The notes under the pieces were generated by a model that was not told the origin of the DNA, ran no database searches, and worked only from the letters and a program-made list of their open reading frames with translations. The position numbers were made by a program, and so were the translations under genes. 56,821 nucleotides of DNA from Candidatus Levyibacteriota bacterium (GTDB taxonomy: Bacteria > Patescibacteriota > Microgenomatia > Levybacterales > UBA12049): contig SIBS01000002.1 of NCBI GenBank assembly GCA_009695045.1, forward strand, positions 92,774 through 149,594, in the 5' to 3' direction. Shown piece by piece: positions 20,097 through 29,060 of the stretch (positions are counted from its first letter, which is position 1; each line of letters begins with the position of its first letter).

Positions 20097-21068
20097 ATGA
20101 GATTATTTAAGGATAATATAATTATAAATGCAATAATTTTTGTATTCTTACTGTGGTTTATATATACAATTCAAGAATTATTAATTAGCATATTTATTGC
20201 TTATATTATTGCATCTGCATTAAATTCATTCATTGATTTTTTAGAAATAAATGGCATCCCTAGATGGCTTGGCGTCCTTTTATCATTTATATCTATTACT
20301 GCAGGCATAGCAATCATAATTATTCCTTTAATTCCATTTTTACTTTCCCAGATGCAATCTCTTCTTACTGTACTTCCTCAGTATATAGAGCAGGTTATAA
20401 AAATAACAAATTCAAATATTGATACTAATCAAGTAAAAGGATTTATTTTTGATCAAATTAACACATGGAGTCAAAATATTTTCGGAGTAACAAAAGCTGT
20501 ATTTGGAGGTTTTTTTAATCTTTTGCTAATTCTCTTTATCAGCTTTAATTTACTTATTGACAGAAATAAAATTGGAAAATATGCTATTACATTATTCCCT
20601 GAAAATTTAAAAGATAAAATTATAAAATCTTTTATACTAGGGGAGAGACAATTAGGCGCATGGCTACGTGGTCAAATTACTCTCTGCATATTTATGGGTC
20701 TAATTACGTGGATTGCATTATCTATGCTACATTTTGAATTTGCTCTTCCTCTTGCATTATTGGTAAGCCTATTTGAAGCAATACCCACTATTGGACCAAT
20801 TATTTCATCTATTCCTGCAATTATTATAGCAATGACAATTTCACCACAAATGACAGCGATTATAATCATTATCTATGTGGGCATGAATATGTTAGAAAAT
20901 AATATACTTGTACCCAAGATTATGGAAAAAGCAGTAGGAATTCATCCAGTTATAATTGTTTTATCAATCGCAATTGGTGCAAAATTACTAGGCATTCTCG
21001 GAGCATTATTAGCGGTACCTTTTATATCACTTGTTTTTACATTTTATATTGCTATGCGTGAAAAATAA
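20097..21068 (+). CDS. AI-2E/PerM family transporter
   Basis: WLRGQ, IPTIGP, LENNILVPKIM, LGALLAVP. Confidence 0.92.
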   Translation: MRLFKDNIIINAIIFVFLLWFIYTIQELLISIFIAYIIASALNSFIDFLEINGIPRWLGVLLSFISITAGIAIIIIPLIPFLLSQMQSLLTVLPQYIEQVIKITNSNIDTNQVKGFIFDQINTWSQNIFGVTKAVFGGFFNLLLILFISFNLLIDRNKIGKYAITLFPENLKDKIIKSFILGERQLGAWLRGQITLCIFMGLITWIALSMLHFEFALPLALLVSLFEAIPTIGPIISSIPAIIIAMTISPQMTAIIIIIYVGMNMLENNILVPKIMEKAVGIHPVIIVLSIAIGAKLLGILGALLAVPFISLVFTFYIAMREK

Positions 21069-21096
21069 CCCTAAAATATATTAAGTGCATATATTA

Positions 21097-21957
21097 TTAT
21101 TTTTTAAGCAAGTCTATTATAATCGACATATCCCTATCTCCTAATCCTTTTTTTATTACTTTTCGATAAATATCTACAATCTTATCTAGCATAGGTAGTT
21201 TAATACTATTTTTTTTTGCTTCTTTATTTGCAAGCAGTAAATCTTTCATCATATTAGAAGCAGAGAATAAAAGCGGGAAATCATCTGTAACAAAATTAAA
21301 AATTTTAAGATTCATGAATTCAGACATTGCAGGAGATGTTTTAAGAACATCAGATACTTTTTTTCTTGAAAGCCCCATGGCATCTGCCAATAACATTCCC
21401 TCTGCTAAAGACTCTATACTTGTAGCAATAAGATGATTATTAATTAATTTAATTGCCTGACCACAACCGATTGGACCCATATATTGAAGATTATTTCCTA
21501 TTGATGCAAGGATAGATTTTATTTTTTCATATATTTTTTCATCTCCTCCAATAAAAATAGTTAGATTTCCCGTGATAGCTTTTGGCGTACTACCAGTAAC
21601 AGGAGCATCTATAAAATCTATACGTTTTTGAGATAATTTTAATGCAATATTTTTAGCAAATGATGGTCCAATTGTGCTCATGTCTACAACTATTAATCCT
21701 TCATTTGCACCATTTACTACTCCATTGTCACCAAAAAGTATAAGTTCCAAATCTCTACCAGCTGTTACCATAGTAATTACGACATCAACAACCCTTGCTA
21801 AATCCATAGGAGAATCTACGACCTTTGCACCAAGATCAAAAAGCTCTTTTGTTTTTTCTTTTGTGCGATTATATACTGTAAGCTCAAATCCTTTTTCAAG
21901 AATATTTTTACTCATGGGAATGCCCATTAATCCCATACCTATAAATCCAACTCTCAT
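21097..21957 (-). CDS. Beta-hydroxyacid dehydrogenase (3-hydroxyisobutyrate/tartronate-semialdehyde reductase family)
   Basis: GFIGMGLMG, DAPVTG, GQAIKLINN, MMKDL. Confidence 0.9.
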   Translation of the reverse strand: MRVGFIGMGLMGIPMSKNILEKGFELTVYNRTKEKTKELFDLGAKVVDSPMDLARVVDVVITMVTAGRDLELILFGDNGVVNGANEGLIVVDMSTIGPSFAKNIALKLSQKRIDFIDAPVTGSTPKAITGNLTIFIGGDEKIYEKIKSILASIGNNLQYMGPIGCGQAIKLINNHLIATSIESLAEGMLLADAMGLSRKKVSDVLKTSPAMSEFMNLKIFNFVTDDFPLLFSASNMMKDLLLANKEAKKNSIKLPMLDKIVDIYRKVIKKGLGDRDMSIIIDLLKK

Positions 21958-22002
21958 TCAATTATATTATCATAATTATTCATCGTTGGGAGAATATTAT
22001 TA

Positions 22003-22022
22003 ATATATATATATATATATAT
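22003..22022. repeat. (AT)10 microsatellite
   Basis: Direct reading of the intergenic sequence. Confidence 0.9.
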
Positions 22023-22076
22023 GATAAGATTAAATAAATCTTCTAATTTTAATTAGAAATATAAAAAAATAAGTAA

Positions 22077-23195
22077 TTATATAGACTTGAATTTTTTATT
22101 TAATATTTCAAAAAGTTCCTGTATCCCTTCATCCTTTTTAACTGATATAAATTGTGGACTAAACTTATCATAAAGAATCTGAATACCTTCTTTATTTATT
22201 GCTTCTTTTGCATCTATTTTATTAAAAATATATATTTTTTTTGTTTCACTTATTCCTAGATCTCGAATTATTTCTTCAACTATGGCAATTTTTTTATGCA
22301 TATCTTCATCGGATGCATCAATAACATGGAGCAAGATATCGGCATGAATAGATTCTGAAAGAGTAGATTTAAATGCATCAATTAGCTTGGGTGGGAGATT
22401 TTTAATAAATCCTATTGTATCTGATATGATAACTTCTTTTTGCAAATTTTCTAAATATATTTTTCCAACAGTGCTATCAAGTGTTGAAAATAAAGCATTT
22501 TCAACAAGCTTTTTTTTCCTAACTAGCCTATTGAATAATGATGTTTTTCCAGCATTGGTATAGCCTATAATCGAAATTGTTTTAAGTCCTATTTTTCGTC
22601 GCCTATCGAGTTGCTTATTTCTCTCATCCATTAATTTTATTAATCTTTCTTTTACCGTTTTCATTTGATCCCTCCAGTGTCGCTTCATGAGTTCTGTATT
22701 TGTCTCTCCAATTCCCCTTGTGCCTATTCCACCTGCCTGACGAGACATTATCATGCCCATTCCAAAAACACGAGGACCCATATGTCGCATAAAAGCCAGC
22801 TCTATTTGTAGTTTTGCCTCAGCTGTTTTTGCATTTTTTGAAAAAATATTAAGAATAAGATCAACTCTATCCCATATCTTTATTGTAGGATGTTTTTTAG
22901 CAATTATTTTTTTTATTTCAAAAATCTCACCAGGCTTAACAATGTCATTGAATACAATTATATCTATCATTTTTTCCACTACTACTTCTGCTGTTTCATC
23001 AATTTTTCCCTTACCAATATACATACCTTTATCATGTATTTCTCTTTTTTGTGTAATTAAATCCACCACTTTTCCACCAAATGCTTCAACAAGTGATTTT
23101 AATTCTTTAAGATCTTTCAAGGCATAATCATCCGTAATATTATCGGGAAATGCACCAACTAGCAAAAATTTCTTCAATGAATTAGTTTCATTCAT
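22077..23195 (-). CDS. hflX: GTPase HflX
   Basis: GKGK, TAEAKLQIELA, GYTNAGKT, DTIGF, NKID. Confidence 0.96.
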   Translation of the reverse strand: MNETNSLKKFLLVGAFPDNITDDYALKDLKELKSLVEAFGGKVVDLITQKREIHDKGMYIGKGKIDETAEVVVEKMIDIIVFNDIVKPGEIFEIKKIIAKKHPTIKIWDRVDLILNIFSKNAKTAEAKLQIELAFMRHMGPRVFGMGMIMSRQAGGIGTRGIGETNTELMKRHWRDQMKTVKERLIKLMDERNKQLDRRRKIGLKTISIIGYTNAGKTSLFNRLVRKKKLVENALFSTLDSTVGKIYLENLQKEVIISDTIGFIKNLPPKLIDAFKSTLSESIHADILLHVIDASDEDMHKKIAIVEEIIRDLGISETKKIYIFNKIDAKEAINKEGIQILYDKFSPQFISVKKDEGIQELFEILNKKFKSI

Positions 23196-23259
23196 ATTTT
23201 TAATTATACTTTATGAGGTCAAAATTAAGCTTATCAATTAAAGCTTAAAATTATTTAAT

Positions 23260-23291
23260 AAAAAAGCTTAGTATAAATACTAAGCTTTTTT
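23260..23291 (-). terminator. Intrinsic terminator downstream of tRNA-Glu
   Basis: Inverted repeat AAAAAAGCTTAGTAT-AA-ATACTAAGCTTTTTT. Confidence 0.75.
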
Positions 23292-23292
23292 G

Positions 23293-23366
23293 TGCTGTGT
23301 AGGGGAGTCGAACCCCTGATTCTCGGGCTGAAAACCCGATGTCCTAGGCCACTAGACGAACACAGC
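23293..23366 (-). tRNA. tRNA-Glu(TTC)
   Basis: GCTGTGT/ACACAGC acceptor stem, TCGGG-TTTTCAG-CCCGA anticodon arm, GTTCGACTC. Confidence 0.95.
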
Positions 23367-23425
23367 TCTGCTCTCATTATACAAAAAAATATGTATATGG
23401 GCAAGTTTATGAATTAATTTATTAT

Positions 23426-23470
23426 TTCGTATTTTGTTATATTTACTTTCGATTAATCTTCGTATATTGT
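23426..23470 (+). promoter_or_regulatory. Promoter with a second copy of the candidate LexA box
   Basis: TTTACT-17-TATTGT-6-ATG; TTCG(23448)-N7-TTCGTATA(23459), plus an in-phase TTCGTA at 23426. Confidence 0.6.
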
Positions 23471-23476
23471 AAGACT

Positions 23477-23731
23477 ATGCAAGAAATCAATGAGCCCATT
23501 AGTGTTATTTTTATTTATAATTCAAAAAAACGATATGCAAAACCATATAAAATAAATTGGAAAGAAAAAGATTATATAGTAGAAGAAGTTTGCATACATT
23601 ATTTTCAAGAAAAAAAAGGTATATTTCATCATATATATGTAATAAAATCTGGTAATACAATTATGGAAATTATCATGAATTCTCGCACACTTTTTTGGGA
23701 AATAGAGCGAATAGGAGATTTATTACAATAA
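23477..23731 (+). CDS. Small beta-rich protein, DUF6504/ImuB C-terminal-like (tentative)
   Basis: P-x-x-I-x-W-x4-Y-x-V ... HIY ... TLFWEIE pattern recalled from small proteins linked to Y-family polymerases; not confirmed by search. Confidence 0.55.
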   Translation: MQEINEPISVIFIYNSKKRYAKPYKINWKEKDYIVEEVCIHYFQEKKGIFHHIYVIKSGNTIMEIIMNSRTLFWEIERIGDLLQ

Positions 23732-23771
23732 AAATATAATTAAAAAAACTTCTAGATAAATATTAGCCTCT

Positions 23772-23810
23772 AAACAAAACCACCCTTATTAAGGAGTGGT
23801 TTTGTTTTTT
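23772..23810. terminator. Bidirectional intrinsic terminator
   Basis: AAACAAAACCAC-CCTT-ATT-AAGG-A-GTGGTTTTGTTT between convergent genes. Confidence 0.8.
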
Positions 23811-23819
23811 ATAATTTTA

Positions 23820-24479
23820 TTAAAACTTCTTTCGAAGTTCTTCTAAAATATCCCTAGCCGTTGATTGTCCTCCTAAACCAAATGCCAATCCACCAGCAAT
23901 TGCAAGCATAGCAACAAATCCAGTAAATATAATACGTACTAATTCAGTTGCAACACCGAGTTGATTTAGCACTACTAGAAAAATAAACACATTAATTGCC
24001 CATCTCGATATATTTGCAATCGTACGTGCTGTTTCAGGTGTGACATTATGTACGGATGCCAATATGATATTATGAGAAAGTTTCGCAAAAACAAAACCAA
24101 CTAATGCTATAACTGCTGATACAAAAACGTTTGGCAGATATATAAAAAAGGTATTAAGTACTGTAAAAATTTGCGGCATTCCCCATAAATCAGCTGTAGG
24201 AATTAAGAAAATAATAACTACAAACCATCTTATAATTTCAGTCAAAATATTTGTCCATGAAAATTCTGACCTAGCTTCAGGAACATTGTATTTATTTAAA
24301 AAAGCTTCAACCTTTAATGTCTTAAGCATTTCTGCTGCTAATTGTCTTACTATTGAAGCTATGATAACCCCAACAACAAGAATAATAACACCTGCTATAA
24401 ATTTAGGCAGGAATAAAAACATCATTGAAAACGAGTTACTAAATGAACTCATAATTGGTAACCCAACATCGTTATACAT
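23820..24479 (-). CDS. Conserved TM-helix repeat protein (CmpX / small mechanosensitive channel TM region)
   Basis: Repeated FLPKFIAG/YLPNVFVS units, GLAFGLGG; strong SD GGGAGGTG upstream. Confidence 0.85.
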   Translation of the reverse strand: MYNDVGLPIMSSFSNSFSMMFLFLPKFIAGVIILVVGVIIASIVRQLAAEMLKTLKVEAFLNKYNVPEARSEFSWTNILTEIIRWFVVIIFLIPTADLWGMPQIFTVLNTFFIYLPNVFVSAVIALVGFVFAKLSHNIILASVHNVTPETARTIANISRWAINVFIFLVVLNQLGVATELVRIIFTGFVAMLAIAGGLAFGLGGQSTARDILEELRKKF

Positions 24480-24544
24480 TTATTTCACCTCCCTTCATCT
24501 TAATTTATTAAAAAATTAATTTTTTAATAAATGATATTATTATG

Positions 24545-24623
24545 AGTTTATGGGGTTTAAATATTCTTGTCAAGTGGGCTATATTTCTATAACTTGTCAA
24601 GGTAATGATGAGGCTGCTATAAT
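24545..24623. promoter_or_regulatory. Divergent promoters for the TM-helix gene and tRNA-Lys
   Basis: Minus strand TTGACA-17-TAAACT; plus strand TTGTCA-18-(TGc)TATAAT; both -35 elements lie in CTTGTCAAG copies. Confidence 0.55.
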
Positions 24624-24704
24624 AATAGTGAAAGATTAATTAAATATTTACTAATAACATATTATAGTAATTTATATATTTTCTTAAAATTATTAATAAT
24701 TTCA

Positions 24705-24776
24705 GGGCCGGTAGCTCAGCGGTAGAGCAGGAGCCTTTTAAGCTCTTGGTCACAGGTTCAAATCCTGTCCGGCTCA
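24705..24776 (+). tRNA. tRNA-Lys(TTT)
   Basis: GGGCCGG/CCGGCTC acceptor stem, GGAGC-CTTTTAA-GCTCT anticodon arm. Confidence 0.95.
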
Positions 24777-25283
24777 CAAACATTTGACTGAGAAGTTGCA
24801 AAATTATTAACTAGATTGAATGTAGGCCATAATCAAGAGTTTGAAAAATCTGAATAATTATATTTCACTCCCTCCAGAAAAAGTAGCAGACAAACTAGAG
24901 GGACCCAAATTAGTAGATTATATTAATAGACATTTTGAAAATTAGATACAAAAGATAGTTTTAAATTAGAAAAAAATAAATTAATGAACCCAAAACTTGT
25001 ATTTGCATATATACCACTTAGTATAATTATTGAATATTTTATAAATAGATATGGACACAAAGAAACAAAAAAATAAGTGATCCATTTTGCGATTTATGGC
25101 ATATTGGAAGCTAATCCAAAGCACAACCACCAAATTAAATCTGATAAATTATGCATAAATAGAAATATCTCAGAAAATTCCCGTAGCCTGTTAATGCACT
25201 AGCGAAATCACTGATGGAGATTTAAAATCATATAAAAATTATCTTATATAATTCTTAATTTTAAATATTAATAAATTAATACA

Positions 25284-26216
25284 TTATTCATGTCCAGTCC
25301 AAAACTTTCGCATAAATAAATTATATTCTAAAGAATCATCACTCATTTCATTTTTTTTCATAATCTTTGGGTATTTAAAATTCTTCTTTTTAAAATATTC
25401 AATTACTAAACCATAATATTTATTATAATTATCATCAATTTGTTCTTCAAAAAATTTATCATTAAATGTATATATTTTCCAAACGATCTTATTTCCTTTG
25501 CCGATTTTTTCACGCATAAGTATTCTTTTTATTCCATTTAATCTATCCTTATCTATATTTGCAAATCGTCCATTAATAACTTTTTCCTCTTCTTCAGTTA
25601 TTTCACTGCTTCCAGGGAATTCATTTATTATTTCTACAATGTCTAAATTTCCATCATTATCTAAATCTTTTACTATAAAATCTTCTTTTTCTCCCGACCA
25701 AAACAAACAATTCTCTGGACCCTTTACCTTGTCAACAAAACATATTGGAATAATATTTTTTAATTTATCTTGTATTGAAAGAGCAAAAAACATAGTTTCA
25801 GAATAATTAGGACCAGCAGAAAAATCAAAACTTACAATTTTTATTTTAATTTTTGAAGATAGTAAATAAACCTTTCCACTATTAAGAATTGGCTCCGGCA
25901 ATAACATATATTTAGGTAATCTACCTAATTCTTTTTCATTTTTATCTAATGCAATTAAGGTGACAAAAGATAAATCTTTCTCTTTATCTATGATATTATC
26001 TTTTTTGACAGAAGCAACTCTGATTATTTCTTGATCTCCGTTACCATCTAGGTCTACTTTAATTTCTTGTAATTTATTATTTTTTTTCAAATCATCGTTA
26101 TTCAAATTATTGGAACTATTATTTTTTATAAAATAAAAATTATTGATAGAAAAAAATAATAAACAAAGTAATAAAATAATAAATATAATAATTTTTGATT
26201 TCTTAGATATATTCAT
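25284..26216 (-). CDS. Hypothetical membrane-anchored exported protein with DxDxDG-type motifs
   Basis: N-terminal TM segment; DLDGNGDQE and DLDNDGNLD motifs. Confidence 0.6.
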   Translation of the reverse strand: MNISKKSKIIIFIILLLCLLFFSINNFYFIKNNSSNNLNNDDLKKNNKLQEIKVDLDGNGDQEIIRVASVKKDNIIDKEKDLSFVTLIALDKNEKELGRLPKYMLLPEPILNSGKVYLLSSKIKIKIVSFDFSAGPNYSETMFFALSIQDKLKNIIPICFVDKVKGPENCLFWSGEKEDFIVKDLDNDGNLDIVEIINEFPGSSEITEEEEKVINGRFANIDKDRLNGIKRILMREKIGKGNKIVWKIYTFNDKFFEEQIDDNYNKYYGLVIEYFKKKNFKYPKIMKKNEMSDDSLEYNLFMRKFWTGHE

Positions 26217-26244
26217 TGTATTTAAGTTAATTTTTAATATTTAT

Positions 26245-26483
26245 TTAGAGGCAATTTTTTATTTTTTAATTCATTTAGCTCTGTGATAACCCCAAAATAT
26301 GCACCTTTTGCCATTTGAATAACTGCTTTATCATAAACTAATTTATCTCCAAATGGATTTGTACATAAAAATCCACCTGGATTATTTTTATAACTTCTTC
26401 TAATAATTCAATTTTACTAGGACCTTCCTTAAATTGTTTTTTCTGTCTTTATGTAGTTGAGTAAATATATTTCTTTCAGTCAT
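26245..26483 (-). pseudogene. Possible frameshifted gene remnant
   Basis: ATG at 26483 (MTERNIF...) followed by coding-like fragments in shifting frames (...NNPGGFLCTNPFGDKLVYDKAVIQMAKGAYFG...). Confidence 0.3.
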
Positions 26484-26526
26484 TTTTTATTTAATATACA
26501 TTATAAATTAAACTTACAAAATGAGA

Positions 26527-27822
26527 TTACAATATATTTTCTAATTTAGCAACAGCAAAGGGAATAATCATTTCCTCATTTGACAACCCACCATGTGTTC
26601 CAAGTTGGCTAAATTTTTTAGTAGACGAGTATTTATACCATACGTGGAAACCTTTATTTGGCAAAATAAGTATATTTCCAATACGCTTTAAAAATCGCTT
26701 TGATGGATTATTTAAACCAAATAATCCATCTAGTAAAGCGTCGGTGATTAGAATAATTCTTGCCTTACCATAAAGCTCTTTTTCTAATCTTATAATGGTT
26801 TCTTGTATCTTATCTTCTTTTATGAAAAGAAATACATTATGACATCCACCAGTTGGTGGGATCCATTTCAATGAAGGACTTTTAGTATAATTATCTTCTA
26901 GCCAATTATAATCGTTTAAATAAATAATTTCGTTCTCATTTATGGAAGACTGTCCATGATCTGAAGTTAATAGTATTATAAATTTTTCAGCAATCTCTTT
27001 ACTTATTTTTGAAAGAAAAAGATTTGATATATTCTTAGAAAAATCATTTACAGCATTGGCATATTCTATTCCTTCAGGTCCAAATAAATGTGCTATAGAA
27101 TCTATATTTCCCCAATAAACAAAGAGATAAGCATCTCCATTAGTCTTTATCATAATTGAAAGTAATTTTTCAAATAAATCTTCTATTGATGTAAAATATA
27201 TACTTGTTGCTCCCTTATGCATAATTGACGAGAAGGTTGATAAGGAATGTTCCTGTGAAACAAAAATATATGAAGGAATAGAATTATCCTTAAGCGTTTG
27301 ATATATTGTTTGCCCTTTATATAGTAGCTCTGGATGACCACCAAACATCATCAATGTATCCTTTGCCCTAGTTAAGATAGGACGAAATGGTAGTGTTTCT
27401 ATAACTTTATCAAATTCTTCAAAGTATACCGTCCATTCAGGAAGACCATGCTCTTGAGGAGTAAGGCCAGTATGAATAGTTGTAAGTGCTGCGGGGGTAG
27501 TAGATGGAAAAACTGAAGTAATAGGAAACACATCTCCATTCAAAGCTAGGGAATTAAAAAAAATAGATTTATCATAATTCTTTACAAAATGACTATAACT
27601 TAATCCATCAACTAGAAAAAGTAATATTTTTCTACCTGAAGATTGTTTTGGAAAAAAAGATTTAGCAAATTCATTTCTTTCTTGATTAATATTAAAATAT
27701 GCAAGTATAGTTGGCACTATCTCAGCTAATGAAAAACTACCATAATTTGGATATACAAATTCATCATCTTTTATATTTTTTTTATATATTTTTAATATAT
27801 CAAGTATTCCTGAATGAATCAT
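26527..27822 (-). CDS. Alkaline phosphatase superfamily (nucleotide pyrophosphatase/phosphodiesterase-like)
   Basis: LVDGL, FPSTT, DSIAH, TSDHG, GTHGG metal-binding motifs. Confidence 0.9.
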   Translation of the reverse strand: MIHSGILDILKIYKKNIKDDEFVYPNYGSFSLAEIVPTILAYFNINQERNEFAKSFFPKQSSGRKILLFLVDGLSYSHFVKNYDKSIFFNSLALNGDVFPITSVFPSTTPAALTTIHTGLTPQEHGLPEWTVYFEEFDKVIETLPFRPILTRAKDTLMMFGGHPELLYKGQTIYQTLKDNSIPSYIFVSQEHSLSTFSSIMHKGATSIYFTSIEDLFEKLLSIMIKTNGDAYLFVYWGNIDSIAHLFGPEGIEYANAVNDFSKNISNLFLSKISKEIAEKFIILLTSDHGQSSINENEIIYLNDYNWLEDNYTKSPSLKWIPPTGGCHNVFLFIKEDKIQETIIRLEKELYGKARIILITDALLDGLFGLNNPSKRFLKRIGNILILPNKGFHVWYKYSSTKKFSQLGTHGGLSNEEMIIPFAVAKLENIL

Positions 27823-27871
27823 ATTGCTAAAAAAATAAGAAAATTAATTTTTCTTTCTACATATTATACAT

Positions 27872-27906
27872 ATTTAATTTAATTTAATTTAATTTAATTT
27901 AATTTA
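27872..27906. repeat. (ATTTA)7 pentanucleotide tandem repeat in a divergent promoter region
   Basis: Seven perfect units counted directly. Confidence 0.9.
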
Positions 27907-27920
27907 TGTTACAATAACTT

Positions 27921-28931
27921 ATGCGAAAAACACAAACAATCTGCACTATTGGACCAGCTTCTGAGTCTTCAGATATCATAGAAAAGCTTATCATAGAGGG
28001 TGTTGATATATTACGCCTTAATTTTTCCCATGCATCATATGAACAATTTTCATCTGTTAAAAAAAATGTCGATTTTTTTAATAAAAAATATCAGAAAAAT
28101 GTAAAAATACTTATTGATCTTCAGGGTCCCCGAATGAGAGTTGGAGATTTACCCAAAAACGGAATTGAATTAAAAGAAAATACAGAGTTAATTTTCTCAA
28201 CAGATAAAAATGAAGAAAATGCCATATATATCAATGATCAATATTTACATGATGATATTCAGGTTAATCATCCTCTTTTTTTAGCAAACGGGGACATAGA
28301 GTTAATCGTAACAGGAAAAAATAATAATAAAATCTATACATCTATTGTACGTGGTGGAACTTTACATTCACGAAAAGCTGTTAATGTACCAGAAACTAAT
28401 TTAACAACAAGGGGACTTACGGAAAAAGATAAAAAAGATGTTATTTTTGGTATTGCAAATAAAGTTGATTATTTTGCATTATCTTTTGTAAAAGATGCTG
28501 AAGATATTAAACAGCTTAGGGAGATAATTGGCGAATCTACTTCCAAGATAATTGCAAAAATAGAATTAAAACAATCAATTTTAAATATAAATGAGATAAT
28601 CAATATTTCAGATGCAATAATGGTAGCAAGAGGAGATCTTGGAATAGAATTACCATTAGAAGAATTACCATTATTACAAAAAGAGATAATAAGTAGTTGC
28701 AAATTAGTTGAAAAAAAAAGTATTGTCGCAACTCAAATGCTAATGAGTATGGTTGGTCATCATCGACCAACCAGAGCAGAGGTATCTGATGTTGCCAATG
28801 CTGTACTAGATGGTGCATCGATTCTTATGCTATCTGATGAAACAGCATTTGGATCATATCCAATAGAATCACTCCAATATCTTATTAGAATTATAAATAG
28901 AACAGAAAGATTTATTGAATTTGGAAAATAA
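27921..28931 (+). CDS. pyk: Pyruvate kinase lacking the C-terminal domain
   Basis: ICTIGPAS, RLNFSH, DLQGP, IAKIE, MVARGDLG, RPTRAEVSDVANA; only 336 aa. Confidence 0.93.
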   Translation: MRKTQTICTIGPASESSDIIEKLIIEGVDILRLNFSHASYEQFSSVKKNVDFFNKKYQKNVKILIDLQGPRMRVGDLPKNGIELKENTELIFSTDKNEENAIYINDQYLHDDIQVNHPLFLANGDIELIVTGKNNNKIYTSIVRGGTLHSRKAVNVPETNLTTRGLTEKDKKDVIFGIANKVDYFALSFVKDAEDIKQLREIIGESTSKIIAKIELKQSILNINEIINISDAIMVARGDLGIELPLEELPLLQKEIISSCKLVEKKSIVATQMLMSMVGHHRPTRAEVSDVANAVLDGASILMLSDETAFGSYPIESLQYLIRIINRTERFIEFGK

Positions 28932-29060
28932 ATATAATTACACTTATTATCTAAAATATATTTTTAAGATTTATAAATCATAGCTTATCAATCATTACTT
29001 CAGGCTTATTGCTAGTAATTTTATTTTAAAGTATAATATAAACTTACCTACTAATCCTCT

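Noticed and set aside
24566..24601. Two CTTGTCAAG copies resembling an operator
   Set aside because: Adequately explained as the -35 elements of two divergent promoters
28932..29060. Expected LexA box upstream of uvrA (and of rarA at 43126-43240)
   Set aside because: No TTCG-N7-TTCG was found, so these genes are not claimed as regulon members
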